Both the position numbers and the translations under genes were made by a program. The notes under the pieces were generated by a model that saw only the letters and a program-made list of their open reading frames with translations, was not told where the DNA came from and searched no databases. This document shows, in pieces, positions 15,236 through 24,103 of a DNA stretch of 64,000 bases (its first letter is position 1; each line of letters begins with the position of its first letter). Origin of the DNA: a virus. Taxonomy: Duplodnaviria > Caudoviricetes. Location of the stretch: positions 32,001 through 96,000 of IMG/VR virus record IMGVR_UViG_3300036762_000065. One strand, written 5' to 3'.

Positions 15236-15946
15236 ATGTATGACGTAAAGTTATCATACTCTTATTTTTTGAGAGGCGCGCACAAAGAACATCACATGTT
15301 CGCTTTTATGGATGGGCCTTTCACTATAGGAGAACACTCTTCTGACTTCTTAGGTTTCTTCGGGTTCGGAAGCTCTAACGTAGATGGGAATGCTGTAAGC
15401 CCTTTAATGAGAAAGACCGAGATGTTCTTTCCTATTAAAGTAAACCCTAATAAGACTTCAACAGAAAGACTAGCTGTTGTTGTTAAATTGCTAAATAAAA
15501 TATGCGATGTGTACGACGTAGGCGATCAAGAGCTTGAGACTGTTATCAGGTACTTCTTTATTGCAGAGGAAGATTACGAAGGTTATGTTATATCAGATAC
15601 GATGTTGTTGAAAGATATAGGCATAATTAATCCAACACATGCAGATAAGTACGTTAGACCTGTGCATCTTGGTGTGTGTTGTGGTGTAGATAGAAATGGT
15701 ATGAAGTTCTTTGGAATAGAAATACCTGACATCAATCTCATTTCTGGATATACAACGGAGTCTGTAGATAATTTCGATGAGTTCAATTGGGAGTTGTCTA
15801 CGCAAGTTAGTGTTTGGGATAACGTTAAAGGCATCCTTAATAAAATGATGAAACATAGATTCGGCTCAAAATCCTTAGAAGATCAAAATAATTACTTACG
15901 TACTCTTAAAGAAAAGATCAGCCACATATCAAACTATTCACAATAA
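15236..15946 (+). CDS. Hypothetical protein
   Basis: SD GAGGT; followed by a terminator. Confidence 0.55.
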   Translation: MYDVKLSYSYFLRGAHKEHHMFAFMDGPFTIGEHSSDFLGFFGFGSSNVDGNAVSPLMRKTEMFFPIKVNPNKTSTERLAVVVKLLNKICDVYDVGDQELETVIRYFFIAEEDYEGYVISDTMLLKDIGIINPTHADKYVRPVHLGVCCGVDRNGMKFFGIEIPDINLISGYTTESVDNFDEFNWELSTQVSVWDNVKGILNKMMKHRFGSKSLEDQNNYLRTLKEKISHISNYSQ

Positions 15947-15963
15947 AGTATAATACTACACTC

Positions 15964-15990
15964 AAAAGAGCGGCAATTGCCGCTCTTTTT
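15964..15990 (+). terminator. Rho-independent terminator (bidirectional type)
   Basis: AAAAGAGCGGC-aatt-GCCGCTCTTTTT. Confidence 0.9.
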
Positions 15991-16001
15991 GTTTCTATAG
16001 C

Positions 16002-16032
16002 AAAACTGTAAATATGTTATATGTTATATGTT
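16002..16032 (+). promoter_or_regulatory. Promoter motif A plus three tandem ATATGTT heptamers upstream of DNA polymerase
   Basis: AAAACTGTAAATATG, then ATATGTT x3 (16012-16032). Confidence 0.6.
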
Positions 16033-16056
16033 ATATATAGTTAAGGAAGCCTTATA

Positions 16057-19041
16057 ATGAAATTCACCAACGTTGAATTTTCGTATCCGCATTACAGCAA
16101 ACAGTTCGATGCTATTGATAAGTTTGATTACGTTCAATTAGCTAAACATAAAGGTAGTAATGGAAAAAAGATTTTACTTGTGTTGGACTATATGCCTCAG
16201 GAAGACCTTAATTCTTCGCGTTTGTTGAAAGGAGCTACCGGCACTCTGTTGAGTAGGTTGTTTGACTTAGCCTACACGTACTACGGCGCATCTAATACAA
16301 TAGATGAATACAGTTGGCTGGCCGTAACATATAACAGCTTTAAAACAGTACGTACAAGTGATGAGTTTAGATTGTCTGCGGATAAAGCGTTTCACAGTAG
16401 AATAGACCACATAATATGTGAATACGCCCCGGACTACGTTGTTACCTTTGGACCAGACCCGTTCAAAGCGTTAGGTTCTTCTGCGATAGATAAGTCTGAC
16501 GGTAAATACGGCAACTGGTACGGTGTACCTATAGAAACGTCCGCATCGTTTGAAGATAAAAGCCATTCTTTTACACTGTTCCCTACATTAAGTATAAACA
16601 CACTGGTAAATACAAACGCAAAAGGTGACGAAATATCATTAGCCGGGTATGTTGCTAGAAATCTCGTTAACGTATTAGAAGGGAAACTTAAATATAGTAT
16701 TCCAAAAGCACCCGAGTTTACTCCTGTGCTAATAGACAGTATACCAAAATTTAAAAAGATGCTTGTCCACATACGTAACAAAAAGCGTGTTGCTATTGAT
16801 ACAGAAACCGACAATCTAAACAGAATTAAAAACAGGGTACTTACAATACAGTTTGCGTCCTGTGTTAGCAGAGCATTCGTTGTTCCGATTTACCACAAAG
16901 ACAGTCCGTTTACTCCAAAAGAATTGAACTTTATTATACGAAATTTAAAGAACTTCTTTGAAGAAAAGAACAACAACGAGTACCATGTCTATACAAATGC
17001 AGTGTTCGACTTAAATGTTATGAGGCAGAACTTCGGCATTCGTTTTTATAAGAATAAAATATGGGATATGTTTGCAGGCGAGTTCGGCCACGATGAAAAT
17101 CTAAAGAACCTAAGCCCTATCACCGGACACTACTATTACAGTCTTTTAAACTTAAGTATGCAGTACGGCTCCACTTGCTACTACGATGCGGAGTTCGGTA
17201 AAAATAAACGTAAAACAATCGTTACGGCAGATTTGGATGAACAGCTTATTCACTATTGCTGTCTTGATGTTATAGTGCCTCTACTTATAATGACACAGCA
17301 AATAAAGCGAGGTCGTGACAGCAACTATGAGAAATATGAATCTATTGTAGGGGAGCAGATAAGCGATATGTTACAGATGTTCAGTACCCTTGAACACAAC
17401 GGTTGTCCGACAGACATTGACTACCTTTTCTTCCTTAAGTCCAAGCAAAGTCCTTTACGTATCAAACTCGAAACAATAATAGAGCAGATGAATAATACTA
17501 AAGGCGCCAAGACAGTCAATAAGATGTTGAATGCGCGTAGCGGTTGTCCTACTATAGGCTTGTTCGGCAAAACTAATGAACAGATGTTTAACCTACGTAA
17601 AGAAGAACATTTGCAAATGCTTTTCTTTGATGCCCTTAAACTAAAGCCTATATCTAATACAGTCAAAGGTGGTGGTAAGATAGATAAGAAATTCCAAGCA
17701 GAATATTCTGACGTACCTGAAGTTTCTTTATTTACAGACTTAGGCAAGCTTAAAAAGCTTATGAGTAGTTATGTACGCGCCTTTATAAAGCAGTGGGGTG
17801 CAGATGACGATATGCGTCACGATAGGCGTATACGGCCATACTTTCAGTTTTTGAAAGTAGTCACAGGACGAACGAGTGCGACAAAACCTTCTTTGCATCA
17901 AATTCCAAGTAGAGGCGAAGACGGTAAGCATATAAAACGTTTGTTTATTACAGAAGACGGCCGCATACTAATTAAAGTGGATTATTCAGCCCATGAGGTC
18001 CGTGGTTGGAGTCTAATAACAGGTGACACTAATATAGCGGCCGTGTTTGAAATAGGCAGAAGTTTACGAGAGAGATTTAAACTCGCGCCTAACGAACAAC
18101 TAGCAAAACGTATAGAGTATGAAGGTGACGTACATAAAATAAACGCAGCTTTTTTCTTTAGTATAGATATAACTAAAATAACCAAAGAGATACGAAACGC
18201 AGTAAAGCAAGTTGTTTTTGGATTGATCTACCAACAAGGAGACAGAGGTCTTTCGGAGTCTACCGGGCAAACTGTAGAAGCAATACGAAAATTGAAGAAG
18301 CAGTTTTTGGCACGCTTTCCCGTCGGCTCTAAGTGGTTTGATGAGATAAAGGCATTTGCACGTAAGCACTTATTTGTTGAAAGTCCTGTAGGAAGAAGAA
18401 GACACTTATGGCAATTCTTACTGCCGAAAAACGCAAAGAACGCTGATGCTGCACTAGCTAAAGCCGAACGGCTCGCTGTAAATAGTCCGGTGCAAGGACT
18501 AGGTTCAGACTATCTTGTACAAGGGTCAAGATGTATAGAGCAGTTGAAGTGGGACCACTTTAAAGCTACAGACCATTACCCTGATTTTTATCAAGCGAAC
18601 TCTGTACACGACTCGATATCTATATCATGTGCTTATGAAGATTTCTGGTTAGCTATACGAATAATAGAGCAGGGTTTAACTTCCGAAGTAGCTAAAGTGA
18701 ATGAAGAACGTCATGGAGTTAAATTCACTATACCTCTTGAGATTGATTTTGAGATAGGTTCTAACGAGCGCGATGCGAAATCCTGGGACTACTCTATAGA
18801 CCAGTTGTCCAATATCATAAAGCAAACAGTTAAGTTTCAGAAAGAGGAACTCGGACATAAGAAAGCTAATGTGTCTAAAGTCCACGATCAAATAATGAAC
18901 TGCCAATATGCTGACATGCCTCATTGGGCACAGAAGCAGTGTTGGAATCTAGGTCTTGAGTTGGAGGGAATGAAAGAAGACGTTAGACAACCTAATGAGA
19001 TACATGATATATCACAAAAACGCAGAGAGGAGGCAGCCTAG
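16057..19041 (+). CDS. polA: Family A DNA polymerase with N-terminal UDG-like domain and 3'-5' exonuclease
   Basis: ExoI AIDTETD; VTGRTSATKPSLHQIP; motif A VDYSAHEVR; motif B RNAVKQVVFGLIY; motif C VHDS. N-terminal LLVLDYMP...LLKGATGTLL...PDYVVTFG is family-4 UDG-like. Confidence 0.92.
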   Translation: MKFTNVEFSYPHYSKQFDAIDKFDYVQLAKHKGSNGKKILLVLDYMPQEDLNSSRLLKGATGTLLSRLFDLAYTYYGASNTIDEYSWLAVTYNSFKTVRTSDEFRLSADKAFHSRIDHIICEYAPDYVVTFGPDPFKALGSSAIDKSDGKYGNWYGVPIETSASFEDKSHSFTLFPTLSINTLVNTNAKGDEISLAGYVARNLVNVLEGKLKYSIPKAPEFTPVLIDSIPKFKKMLVHIRNKKRVAIDTETDNLNRIKNRVLTIQFASCVSRAFVVPIYHKDSPFTPKELNFIIRNLKNFFEEKNNNEYHVYTNAVFDLNVMRQNFGIRFYKNKIWDMFAGEFGHDENLKNLSPITGHYYYSLLNLSMQYGSTCYYDAEFGKNKRKTIVTADLDEQLIHYCCLDVIVPLLIMTQQIKRGRDSNYEKYESIVGEQISDMLQMFSTLEHNGCPTDIDYLFFLKSKQSPLRIKLETIIEQMNNTKGAKTVNKMLNARSGCPTIGLFGKTNEQMFNLRKEEHLQMLFFDALKLKPISNTVKGGGKIDKKFQAEYSDVPEVSLFTDLGKLKKLMSSYVRAFIKQWGADDDMRHDRRIRPYFQFLKVVTGRTSATKPSLHQIPSRGEDGKHIKRLFITEDGRILIKVDYSAHEVRGWSLITGDTNIAAVFEIGRSLRERFKLAPNEQLAKRIEYEGDVHKINAAFFFSIDITKITKEIRNAVKQVVFGLIYQQGDRGLSESTGQTVEAIRKLKKQFLARFPVGSKWFDEIKAFARKHLFVESPVGRRRHLWQFLLPKNAKNADAALAKAERLAVNSPVQGLGSDYLVQGSRCIEQLKWDHFKATDHYPDFYQANSVHDSISISCAYEDFWLAIRIIEQGLTSEVAKVNEERHGVKFTIPLEIDFEIGSNERDAKSWDYSIDQLSNIIKQTVKFQKEELGHKKANVSKVHDQIMNCQYADMPHWAQKQCWNLGLELEGMKEDVRQPNEIHDISQKRREEAA

Positions 19042-19373
19042 TGACATATTCTAGCGATAATACGCAACAGAAAAAAGACCTCATCCAGAGCGTTGTGGAT
19101 GAGCTAAATAGTGCTCTGGAGCTAGACAGAACGGCCCTGACCTGTTTGTTTAGTTCGTTAACAGCGTGTTCAATATCTCTAGGCAACTCAGATATTGAGA
19201 TAATACCCATATCAATATCTGATGGTACGTTTGCAGTAGGCACTCTTGGAATAATTAACGCTATAGTTAAAGCTTCAGGTAGTGAGCATAGAATAGCTTG
19301 TGTGTGCGGAGAGCACGGACTTATAGATAGATTTTTTATACATAAGTCCGTGCTCGTTGATACAAATGAATAA
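19041..19373 (+). CDS. Hypothetical protein
   Basis: GTG overlaps the polA stop; GGAGG upstream. Confidence 0.5.
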   Translation: MTYSSDNTQQKKDLIQSVVDELNSALELDRTALTCLFSSLTACSISLGNSDIEIIPISISDGTFAVGTLGIINAIVKASGSEHRIACVCGEHGLIDRFFIHKSVLVDTNE

Positions 19374-19815
19374 AGACAATCCGACGGCAGGTCTTTATTT
19401 GGAGATAGCCGATAGATTTAAAACTGAGGTTATCTCCAACGGTTTAGAGTATGAAAAATATAGACAACTAATTAAAGTTATGGCCAAGAGTTCTAATTCT
19501 GCTGTTACTGTATCAAAAGGTAAATTGGTCATAGATACATCTGTACTGAATACAATTATCAGTAACGGGTACTCTAGTATTTATTCCAATATAGCCCGAG
19601 ATAAAGGATTCAACTCCATTGAGTCTCTTATAGATACTGTCGGGATAGACGGCCTTATAAAAGTAGATTTATTCTTCTACTCTCTAGTAAAGGACGGCTG
19701 GTATAATATTTACTTAATAGCAGACATGTACCCAATTTCAATAGGATATGTACCTCTATTGCAGAAACGTAATAGTCTTAAGTTTGTAGATAAGCCTGTG
19801 CGTTACATAAATTAA
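19366..19815 (+). CDS. Hypothetical protein
   Basis: ATG 19366 overlaps the end of the upstream gene. Confidence 0.5.
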   Translation: MNKDNPTAGLYLEIADRFKTEVISNGLEYEKYRQLIKVMAKSSNSAVTVSKGKLVIDTSVLNTIISNGYSSIYSNIARDKGFNSIESLIDTVGIDGLIKVDLFFYSLVKDGWYNIYLIADMYPISIGYVPLLQKRNSLKFVDKPVRYIN

Positions 19816-19848
19816 GTGTAAAGATATAAAAACAATTTGGAGATTTTT

Positions 19849-21045
19849 ATGTTAAGGTGCAAGGTCACAGAATCAGGTCCTTCTTTTTCTTTTATTAGTG
19901 ACACTTCAAAAGTCACGAACGCAATAAACAAAGTTGTAAACGTTACTTCGTTTTCAAAATGTTCCGAAAATGAAAAGCAACATTTAATCGTAGCTTACAA
20001 TTCAGAGTTGTTTATCTTAGGATATTCTCCGGAAACTTTTGTAGTTGTGAGAGTGGAAGGAGTTGTTACAGACAAAGATGCGTCTTTTGGTTTTGTACCG
20101 AAGACAGTTTTAGGACTTATTAAAAATAGAAAGGAATTATCCTTTACTTATGACGGCAGTAGATTAACATTGAAAGCTATACAAGGGCAGTATAGTGCAG
20201 ACCTTACAACAACAGAAATAACATCCTCCCAGTTGCCTTTTATAAACGCTAAACTTAAACCTAAGAAGGAAGCTGAACAGTCGTTAGATGCCAACACTCT
20301 TGCTAAGATTCGCACAGGCGTAAATTATGCAGATATCACGAACGCTTACAACAAAGATGAAAAACCTTTATGCCACATAAAGTTAGAGAAGAAGGAACTT
20401 AAAATAGGCGCTTTCGACAACCACCATTTTGTGCAATATACAACTAAGGTAAATTCGACAGACAGCTTTAAAATTTCTATGTCTACCGAAGTATTTAAAC
20501 TTGTCGATAAATTTATTGCAGATGAAAAGGATACAGATTCCGATTTTTCTATACGTAGTAATTCTTTTGAAGTAAGAGGAACAAACTACACAATAAGTTT
20601 GCCTCCTATTCAGGTTGAAGACAGTGCTTTCAACACTATAGACATATATGTTAAAGGTCTTAAGGCACCTGTTGGTAAATTGAAGTTCAACTCTAGTGGT
20701 ATAGATACAGTAGACAATATGTTTACTTTAGCTAAAACTGATTCCAGACTGACGATGTGTGTATATGACAACAATAAGGTAAGTATATCGTTAAAGACAG
20801 AAGAAGGCAGTATTTCAGATGCCTTTAAATCTAGCCTAGTAGAATTAACAGGTATGGATAAATTTCAGTTTATGGTTAACCCTACTATATTCTCCGATCT
20901 ATTTAATAAGATCGACAAGAAGCAAGATTTACCTATTCAATTATACGCTAAATTAAATAACGGCACTTCTTCTTGTTTCATCATACGCAATAGGCCGGAC
21001 GAAGACAGTAAGTTGCTGTTATTAGGTACTTACTATGAGCAATAA
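19849..21045 (+). CDS. Probable DNA sliding clamp (beta-clamp-like)
   Basis: ~400 aa with alternating alpha/beta pattern; LKIGAFDNHHF resembles the clamp vatDghrl motif; replication context. ATG 19849 follows TTGGAG. Confidence 0.55.
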   Translation: MLRCKVTESGPSFSFISDTSKVTNAINKVVNVTSFSKCSENEKQHLIVAYNSELFILGYSPETFVVVRVEGVVTDKDASFGFVPKTVLGLIKNRKELSFTYDGSRLTLKAIQGQYSADLTTTEITSSQLPFINAKLKPKKEAEQSLDANTLAKIRTGVNYADITNAYNKDEKPLCHIKLEKKELKIGAFDNHHFVQYTTKVNSTDSFKISMSTEVFKLVDKFIADEKDTDSDFSIRSNSFEVRGTNYTISLPPIQVEDSAFNTIDIYVKGLKAPVGKLKFNSSGIDTVDNMFTLAKTDSRLTMCVYDNNKVSISLKTEEGSISDAFKSSLVELTGMDKFQFMVNPTIFSDLFNKIDKKQDLPIQLYAKLNNGTSSCFIIRNRPDEDSKLLLLGTYYEQ

Positions 21046-21484
21046 AACAAGTTTGATATTTTCACTGGCTGATTCTTTTGAGTATCAGCCTTCAGACTTA
21101 AATGTTTTTATTGAACTAGGGCATGCTGCGTTAGGAACTTACCATATTGCTATATTCAATAAAAATGTGGTAAGTTCAATATTGAATATAGAGTATGATA
21201 ATGTTGTTGAGTTAAACAAATTCTGTTCTGCTTACAATATCATAAACAAAAGAGGGTCAGTTTACGGAACGTTATTTTCTGTCGATATACGCAAAGTGAC
21301 ACTTAATACTAAGCACCTTATTATACATAATGTTGAAACCCCAGTACACGACTACAACGTTTATCCTTACGCTAATGAGAAGTCAAATCTTCTATTCTAC
21401 AAAGACAGCGTAGATACCGTACTTGTGATAACTTCGGTTCCGGAAGAAAATCCTTTCATTGTATTGGACGAAAAAAATGGCTAG
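21035..21484 (+). CDS. Hypothetical protein
   Basis: Overlaps both neighbours in an operon-like arrangement. Confidence 0.5.
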   Translation: MSNKTSLIFSLADSFEYQPSDLNVFIELGHAALGTYHIAIFNKNVVSSILNIEYDNVVELNKFCSAYNIINKRGSVYGTLFSVDIRKVTLNTKHLIIHNVETPVHDYNVYPYANEKSNLLFYKDSVDTVLVITSVPEENPFIVLDEKNG

Positions 21485-22016
21485 TAGAGAGCAGTTGCAG
21501 TTACTAAAAAGAACTCTGTATAAAGATGAGCGGTTATTGAGGCTCAAGGAAGCCTTCAATAATTTGCCTGAATATAGAATGGACTTCAAGGACTTGCACG
21601 ATGAAATAGATACTATGATGACTACAAGACCTTTGCGTTCTTTAAACAGGAAAGACAACTTCGTTGACAATCTTGTTGAGGCGATGATGGTAGATCAACA
21701 GTATAGAACCCGCGTTACTGAAATCCTTATGTCTTGTGTCAAAACTGAAAAACACTTATCTAGGTCTGTAGATCACCTTAGCGATTACTTAAAGACAGAA
21801 TACCACAGTAACATCTACAGTCTGTATAAAACAAAAGCAGACCGAGAGTCTTTTGTTGATTATGTACTTAGGAAGTTCATTGTTTATTTAGACAAGATAG
21901 ATGAATTAAAGCAAAGATGCGCTTTACTTACAGGAGATATTGATAAAGCGGGTTACATGTTTAAAGGACTCTTGGAAAGTGTCCAAATAAGCGCCCGTAA
22001 GACAGTGGAGTACTAA
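21477..22016 (+). CDS. Helical coiled-coil protein (possibly UvsY-like recombination mediator)
   Basis: All-helical; close to the UvsW-like helicase. Function is inference only. Confidence 0.35.
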   Translation: MASREQLQLLKRTLYKDERLLRLKEAFNNLPEYRMDFKDLHDEIDTMMTTRPLRSLNRKDNFVDNLVEAMMVDQQYRTRVTEILMSCVKTEKHLSRSVDHLSDYLKTEYHSNIYSLYKTKADRESFVDYVLRKFIVYLDKIDELKQRCALLTGDIDKAGYMFKGLLESVQISARKTVEY

Positions 22017-22017
22017 C

Positions 22018-22338
22018 ATGAGTAATGAAAATCGTGTTGATGTGCAGTATTTAAAAGAAACTACAATAATTGAGCCTTATCCTCAAACGCTACTACGTAC
22101 TGTTGATGGTATTATATGTGTAACCAACACCGAACATTCTGTCCGCATCTATATAAATACAAGCCAAAATATAAATGATGCGGAATTGCTTGTAGAGGTA
22201 TTACAGAATAGAGTAGTTGCAACTCGTATCAACGGATTTGTTTCAACCTGTACTATTTACGAACAAGGTACACATGTTTGTGTTGAGTATGGCGAGGAGC
22301 AAACTTGTATTTTAGTACCTACAAATTACTGGAAATAA
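22018..22338 (+). CDS. Hypothetical protein
   Basis: SD GGAG; coupled to the previous gene. Confidence 0.5.
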   Translation: MSNENRVDVQYLKETTIIEPYPQTLLRTVDGIICVTNTEHSVRIYINTSQNINDAELLVEVLQNRVVATRINGFVSTCTIYEQGTHVCVEYGEEQTCILVPTNYWK

Positions 22339-22342
22339 AACA

Positions 22343-23020
22343 ATGACTGTAAAAATTAAAAATAAAATTGTAAGTCAGAGAGTGGTGGTCGAGGAAGATC
22401 AAGCGCCGTCTAATGTTGTCGAATTTAATCCTATTGTCATGCACGAAGGAATAGTACGTCCTGATTTACTTCTCGGCACAACGTATAAGATTAAACCTCC
22501 TGAGCACATATCTCCTCATGCTATGTATGTTACAATAAATGATATGTTGTTGAATGAAGGTACGGATCACGAGAGGCTTGTTCCGTATGAGATTTTCATA
22601 AACAGTAAAGCCATGAATCACTTTCAATGGATTATAGCCCTCACTCGCGTTATAAGTTCCGTGTTTCGTAAAGGTGGTGACGTTACGTTCTTGATAGGTG
22701 AGCTAGGTTCTGTGTATGATCCTAATGGAGGGTATATGAAAAAAGGCGGTATCTTGATGCCTTCGCTCGTAGCAGAACTCGGAGGCGTTATTAAAAAGCA
22801 CATGAAACGTTTAGGGCTTGTCGAAGATGAGGAACTTAGCGAACACACTAAGAAAATTCTTGCTGAAAAGCGCGCCGCTTTCGATAAGCAAAATGCTAAC
22901 GCTACAGATAGTGATTATCCTGCCAACGCAACCGTGTGTAACAAGTGTAACGTTAAAGCAATGATACGCATGGACAATTGCGATACTTGCTTAGAGTGCG
23001 GAAACAGTAAGTGTGGCTAG
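22343..23020 (+). CDS. nrdJb: NrdJb-like C-terminal subunit of a class II (B12) ribonucleotide reductase (TSCPD domain + Zn ribbon)
   Basis: RPDLLLGTTYKIK...AMYVTIND...PYEIFINSK...ALTRVISSVFRKGG...SLVAELG; C-terminal CNKC...CDTCLECGNSKCG. Confidence 0.85.
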   Translation: MTVKIKNKIVSQRVVVEEDQAPSNVVEFNPIVMHEGIVRPDLLLGTTYKIKPPEHISPHAMYVTINDMLLNEGTDHERLVPYEIFINSKAMNHFQWIIALTRVISSVFRKGGDVTFLIGELGSVYDPNGGYMKKGGILMPSLVAELGGVIKKHMKRLGLVEDEELSEHTKKILAEKRAAFDKQNANATDSDYPANATVCNKCNVKAMIRMDNCDTCLECGNSKCG

Positions 23021-23056
23021 TAAACAAACATACCTTGTGCTTCCACGGAGCCTAGA

Positions 23057-24097
23057 ATGTACGACGACAGTACTATTATACTAAGGGATAAGATATATAT
23101 TCCTGCTCTTACACTGGACGAATCTCTGGTAGAGAAGAAATATATCCATTATATTTATGACCATAAGACTTGCGCCAGATGTGAGAACAAACCGGAGAGA
23201 CATAATTATATTTGCGATCAATGTCCAGCGTTTAAAGGACGTGTATCTACGTGCAATAGGGTCGTCAAAAACGATGTTGATTATGTGGGTGTGCCGATAG
23301 GTGATAGGCTTATTGTCGAAAAGAAACTCGGTATAGATTTAGATGACTATACTGTGGTTGATAAGAGGGTTAAGGCAAAGTTTAGATATCCTGTAAAGAT
23401 GGTTAAGTCGTTTAAGCTTAGAGACTATCAAGAGAAAGCTGTTAATGAGTGGTGGGAGTATAAACACGGTCTTATAGTAGCACCTCCTAGAAGCGGTAAG
23501 ACACCAACTATGCTTGCCATGGCAGTTGAATTAGGATATAGAACTATACTGCTTGCACACCAGCATGATTTCTTAACTCAATTCATAGATCACATAGAAC
23601 AGTATACGAACTTGCCTGCATTGTCTGAGAAAGCCGGTAAGAAGTTGTACGGCTTTCCTAAAAAACTAAGTGACTTCGATGATTTTGAAATATGCGTGTG
23701 TACGTACCAGCAATTCATTACAGAAAATACAGGAGTTAAGAGGTTTAAAGCAGCTAGTCCGAACTTCGGTACCCTTCTTGTTGATGAGTGTTTTGTTTAT
23801 GATACTTTGGTCGTTGTAGACTTTGAAGGTCGGACTGAAAAAATTGGAGATATTGTAGAGCATGGCGTTGCTAACGAGGTAGTTAGTTATAACCACGAAT
23901 CCGAGTCGTTTGAACTAAAGCCTATAGAAAGTTGTACGAAGAAAGAGGCTGAAGAATTATACGATGTTGAATATGAAGGCGGCTCTTTTCGATGTACTGG
24001 CAATCACGAGTTTTGGTGTGTTAATAGAAATTCGTATGTGGCTGTAAAAGACTTGTCTGAGGACGACGAGCTTTTATTAGGGCCGCGCGAGGAATAA
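23057..24097 (+). CDS. SF2 (UvsW/ResIII-like) helicase N-extein (aa 1-244) fused to split intein N-part (aa 245-346)
   Basis: LRDYQ; PPRSGKT; TYQQ; LLVDE|CFVYDTLV; block B FRCTGNHEFW; stop follows IntN. Confidence 0.92.
   Translation: MYDDSTIILRDKIYIPALTLDESLVEKKYIHYIYDHKTCARCENKPERHNYICDQCPAFKGRVSTCNRVVKNDVDYVGVPIGDRLIVEKKLGIDLDDYTVVDKRVKAKFRYPVKMVKSFKLRDYQEKAVNEWWEYKHGLIVAPPRSGKTPTMLAMAVELGYRTILLAHQHDFLTQFIDHIEQYTNLPALSEKAGKKLYGFPKKLSDFDDFEICVCTYQQFITENTGVKRFKAASPNFGTLLVDECFVYDTLVVVDFEGRTEKIGDIVEHGVANEVVSYNHESESFELKPIESCTKKEAEELYDVEYEGGSFRCTGNHEFWCVNRNSYVAVKDLSEDDELLLGPREE
23789..24094 (+). mobile_element. Split intein N-fragment (102 aa)
   Basis: Starts at Cys1 in CFVYDTLVVV; TGNH block B; ends VAVKDLSEDDELL; strongly acidic. 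Confidence 0.92.
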
Positions 24098-24103
24098 ATT
24101 AAA

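Noticed and set aside
16057-19041. Intein in DNA polymerase
   Set aside because: Extra length is explained by the N-terminal UDG-like domain; no Hint motifs seen.
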